Notes under the pieces: model-generated
Seen by the model: the letters and a program-made list of their open reading frames with translations, nothing else
The model's database searches: none
Told to the model about the DNA's origin: nothing
Made by a program: the position numbers and the translations under genes
Assembly: GCF_020885515.1 (NCBI RefSeq)
Contig: NZ_AP024987.1
Coordinates: 930,001 to 962,000, forward strand
DNA length: 32,000 bases
DNA from: a cyanobacterium endosymbiont of Braarudosphaera bigelowii
Lineage (GTDB): Bacteria; Cyanobacteriota; Cyanobacteriia; Cyanobacteriales; Microcystaceae
Direction of reading: 5' to 3'
In this document: positions 29,658 through 32,000 of the stretch, one piece after another
Numbering within the stretch: the stretch's first letter is position 1
Layout: each line of letters starts with the position of its first letter

Positions 29658-31016
29658 ATGACATTACCCATTGTTGCAATTATTGGACGTCCTAATGTAG
29701 GTAAATCAACATTAGTTAATCGTTTGGCAAAAGACCGACAAGCAATTGTTCATGATGAACCAGGAATTACCCGCGATCGCACTTATCGGCAAGCTTTTTG
29801 GCGTACTCATGATTTCCTTGTAGTAGACACAGGGGGTTTAGTATTTAATGATAATACTGAATTTCTTCCTTTAATTCGAGAGCAGGCCATGACAGCATTA
29901 AGTGAGGCTCATGTGGCTGTTTTTGTAGTAGATGGACAATTAGGACCTACTGCAGGAGATTATGAAATAGGAGGCTGGTTGAGACAACAAAAAGTTCCAG
30001 TGTTACTTGTAGTTAATAAGTGTGAATCCCCTGAATATGGCTTGATACAAGCAGCACAGTTTTGGGAGTTAGGGTTAGGAGAACCTTATCCAATTTCAGG
30101 AATTCATGGAAATGGAACAGGAGAATTTTTAGATAAACTTATTTTAAATTTACCATCTTCTAATAGTATATTTAATACTGAAGAAATAAATGTTTCTATT
30201 GTTGGACGTCCTAATGTAGGTAAATCAAGTCTTCTAAACGCATTCTTAGGAGAGAATAGAGCTATTGTTAGTCCTATCTCTGGTACTACAAGAGATACCA
30301 TTGATACAGTTGTAGAACGCAAAGGAAAAGTTTATCGTTTAGTTGATACAGCAGGAATTCGTCGTAAAAAGAATGTTGAATATGGGGCTGAATTCTTTAG
30401 TATTAATCGAGCCTTTAAGGCAATCCGGAGAGCAGATGTAGTGTTACTAGTTATTGATGCTATTGATGGAGTCACAGAACAAGATATTAAGCTAGCAGAT
30501 CGTATTATTGAGGAAGGAAGATCAGCAATAATTGTTGTCAATAAATGGGATGCTGTGGAAAAAGATGCTTACACTATTTATTCACATAAAAAAAATGTAA
30601 TGAATCGATTATATTTCATGGAGTGGGCAGATATTATCTTTATTAGTGCAAAATCAGGACAACGCATTGAAAAAATTTTTCCTCTTGTAAATACAGCAGT
30701 AAAAGAGCATCGTCGCCGTATTAACACTTCTGTAATTAATGAAGTTTTGGAGGAAGCTATAAGATGGCATTCTCCTCCTACAACAAGACAGGGAAAGCAA
30801 GGTAAAATCTACTATGGAACTCAAGTATCTAATCAACCTCCAACTATCGTTTTATTTGTTAACGATCCTAAAAGATTTAATGATAATTACCGACGGTATA
30901 TAGAAGGTCAGTTTCGTCAACAAATTGGTTTTTCTGGAACTCCTATTCGCTTGCTCTGGAAAGGTAAAAAAATACGAGATGTTGAGTCGAAATTGGACCA
31001 TACGGTTAAGATTTAA
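29658..31016 (+). CDS. der: Ribosome-associated GTPase Der (EngA), double G-domain
   Basis: Two P-loops, [10 protein letters not shown] and [10 protein letters not shown], each followed by DTGG/DTAG and NKCE/NKWD motifs. C-terminal KH-like domain. Confidence 0.95.
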   Translation: MTLPIVAIIGRPNVGKSTLVNRLAKDRQAIVHDEPGITRDRTYRQAFWRTHDFLVVDTGGLVFNDNTEFLPLIREQAMTALSEAHVAVFVVDGQLGPTAGDYEIGGWLRQQKVPVLLVVNKCESPEYGLIQAAQFWELGLGEPYPISGIHGNGTGEFLDKLILNLPSSNSIFNTEEINVSIVGRPNVGKSSLLNAFLGENRAIVSPISGTTRDTIDTVVERKGKVYRLVDTAGIRRKKNVEYGAEFFSINRAFKAIRRADVVLLVIDAIDGVTEQDIKLADRIIEEGRSAIIVVNKWDAVEKDAYTIYSHKKNVMNRLYFMEWADIIFISAKSGQRIEKIFPLVNTAVKEHRRRINTSVINEVLEEAIRWHSPPTTRQGKQGKIYYGTQVSNQPPTIVLFVNDPKRFNDNYRRYIEGQFRQQIGFSGTPIRLLWKGKKIRDVESKLDHTVKI

Positions 31017-31017
31017 A

Positions 31018-31046
31018 AATTAAGATGATTTTTTATCATCTTAATT
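31018..31046 (+). terminator. Stem-loop immediately after the der stop (candidate terminator)
   Basis: aattaagatgat (31018-31029), loop ttttt, atcatcttaatt (31035-31046): 12-bp perfect stem starting 2 nt after the TAA. Confidence 0.5.
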
Positions 31047-31195
31047 AACTTCTATAAACTTTAAATACTTAGTATTTATTAAATATGCTTATTGTTAATA
31101 TAAGATTTTTTAAGCAACAATTTAGTAAATGCAATTGTTTTGAGATAATGAAGAGGATTGAAATTATTTTATGAAGTGTGTATGAGGAGAAATTT

Positions 31196-32000
31196 ATGAA
31201 ACTTGCTTATTGGATGTATGCTGGACCAGCCCATATTGGTACCCTTCGTATTGCTAGTTCTTTCCATAATGTTCATGCAATTATGCATGCACCTCTTGGT
31301 GACGACTACTTTAATGTTATGAGATCTATGTTGGAAAGAGAAAGAAATTTTACCCCTGTTACTACAAGTGTAGTAGACCGTAATGTTTTAGCTCGCGGAT
31401 CTCAAGAGAAAGTTATTGATAATATTGTTAGGAAAGATCAAGAAGAAAGTCCGGATCTTATTGTCTTAACTCCTACATGCACTTCAAGTATTCTGCAAGA
31501 AGATTTAGGTAATTTTGTAGAACGTGCACAGATGGATACAAAGGGAGATGTTATTCTAGCTGACGTTAATCATTATCGTTACAATGAGTTGCAAGCAGCT
31601 GATAGAACTTTACATCAAATTGTAAAATTTTATCTAGATAAGGCAAAGAAAAAATGTGAATTGGCAATTGAAAAAACGGAAAATCCTTCTGTTAATATAA
31701 TAGGTATATCGACTCTTGGTTTCCATGCTAAGCATGATTGTACTGAATTACAAAAATTAATGAAAGATTTAGGAATTACTGTAAATATTATAATTCCTGA
31801 CCAGGCATCAGTTCACGATTTAAAAAATCTAACTAAAGCATGGTTCAATTTAGTTCCTTACAGAGAGTTAGGATTAAGTGTTGCCAAATATTTAGATTCG
31901 GAATTTGATATTCCCTATGTTGATATAACACCGATAGGAGTTGTTGAAACTGCAAAGTGTATTCGCAAAATTCAGCAAATAATCAATACACAAGGTAAAG
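31196..32000 (+). CDS. chlB: Light-independent protochlorophyllide reductase subunit B (DPOR), 5' partial, continues beyond the window
   Basis: My own translation from ATG 31196: [73 protein letters not shown]...[14 protein letters not shown]. The frame stays open to the window end. GAGGAG (31184-31189) lies 6 nt upstream. The ORF is not in the supplied track because it has no stop in the window. Confidence 0.93.
   Translation, partial: MKLAYWMYAGPAHIGTLRIASSFHNVHAIMHAPLGDDYFNVMRSMLERERNFTPVTTSVVDRNVLARGSQEKVIDNIVRKDQEESPDLIVLTPTCTSSILQEDLGNFVERAQMDTKGDVILADVNHYRYNELQAADRTLHQIVKFYLDKAKKKCELAIEKTENPSVNIIGISTLGFHAKHDCTELQKLMKDLGITVNIIIPDQASVHDLKNLTKAWFNLVPYRELGLSVAKYLDSEFDIPYVDITPIGVVETAKCIRKIQQIINTQGK

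Noticed and set aside
30104-30836. Three minus-strand ORFs (72, 69 and 60 aa) inside der
   Set aside because: They are antisense to der.
1-32000. Search for CRISPR arrays, tRNA/rRNA/tmRNA/RNase P genes, IS elements, integrases, phage genes and tandem repeats
   Set aside because: There are no regularly spaced direct repeats, no G+C-rich cloverleaf-sized islands or T-psi-C-type motifs in spacers, and no ORF with transposase, integrase or phage-like sequence. All ORFs of 100 aa or more on the called strands are accounted for.

Overview
This window looks like ordinary core genome from a strongly AT-rich cyanobacterium (roughly 30% G+C by eye, not computed). I call 21 protein genes, one of them partial at the 3' edge. 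On the minus strand: an orphan 307-aa protein, tsf, rpsB, an LptF/G-type permease, topA and ribF. On the plus strand: an sqdX-like glycosyltransferase, ispF, clpB, a small PMI-type cupin and ftsI. Then ndhD (-), a cyanobacteria-specific PDZ/radical-SAM/DUF512 protein (+), an orphan single-TM protein (-) and an S41 C-terminal processing protease (-). Then ftsQ, ftsZ, a TauE/SafE permease, carB, der and the 5' part of chlB (all +; chlB is missing from the ORF track because it runs off the window). The protein sequences resemble the Cyanothece/Crocosphaera type. The extreme AT bias, the long AT-rich spacers and the absence of mobile DNA suggest a reduced endosymbiont or organelle-like genome of the UCYN-A (Candidatus Atelocyanobacterium thalassa) kind. 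That attribution is an inference, not a search result. I found no tRNA, rRNA, CRISPR array, transposase, integrase, defence, toxin-antitoxin or biosynthetic-cluster signature, so I cannot support a compact novel multi-gene system here. The parts that annotation does not explain are: (i) unusually long, perfect, sequence-unrelated inverted repeats in spacers, including a 30-bp-arm palindrome in a divergent promoter region where no terminator is expected; (ii) a GC-enriched structured leader upstream of rpsB with mutually exclusive helices next to the Shine-Dalgarno, plus structured elements between rpsB and tsf; (iii) an A10 tract that separates the cupin ORF from a better-looking upstream ATG by one nucleotide; (iv) three genes of unknown function (307-aa coiled-coil ORF, 169-aa bitopic ORF, TIGR03279-type radical-SAM protein); (v) a short motif, ACTAAGTA(TTT), that by eye recurs only in spacers. 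All structure and motif calls were made by eye and need computational confirmation.
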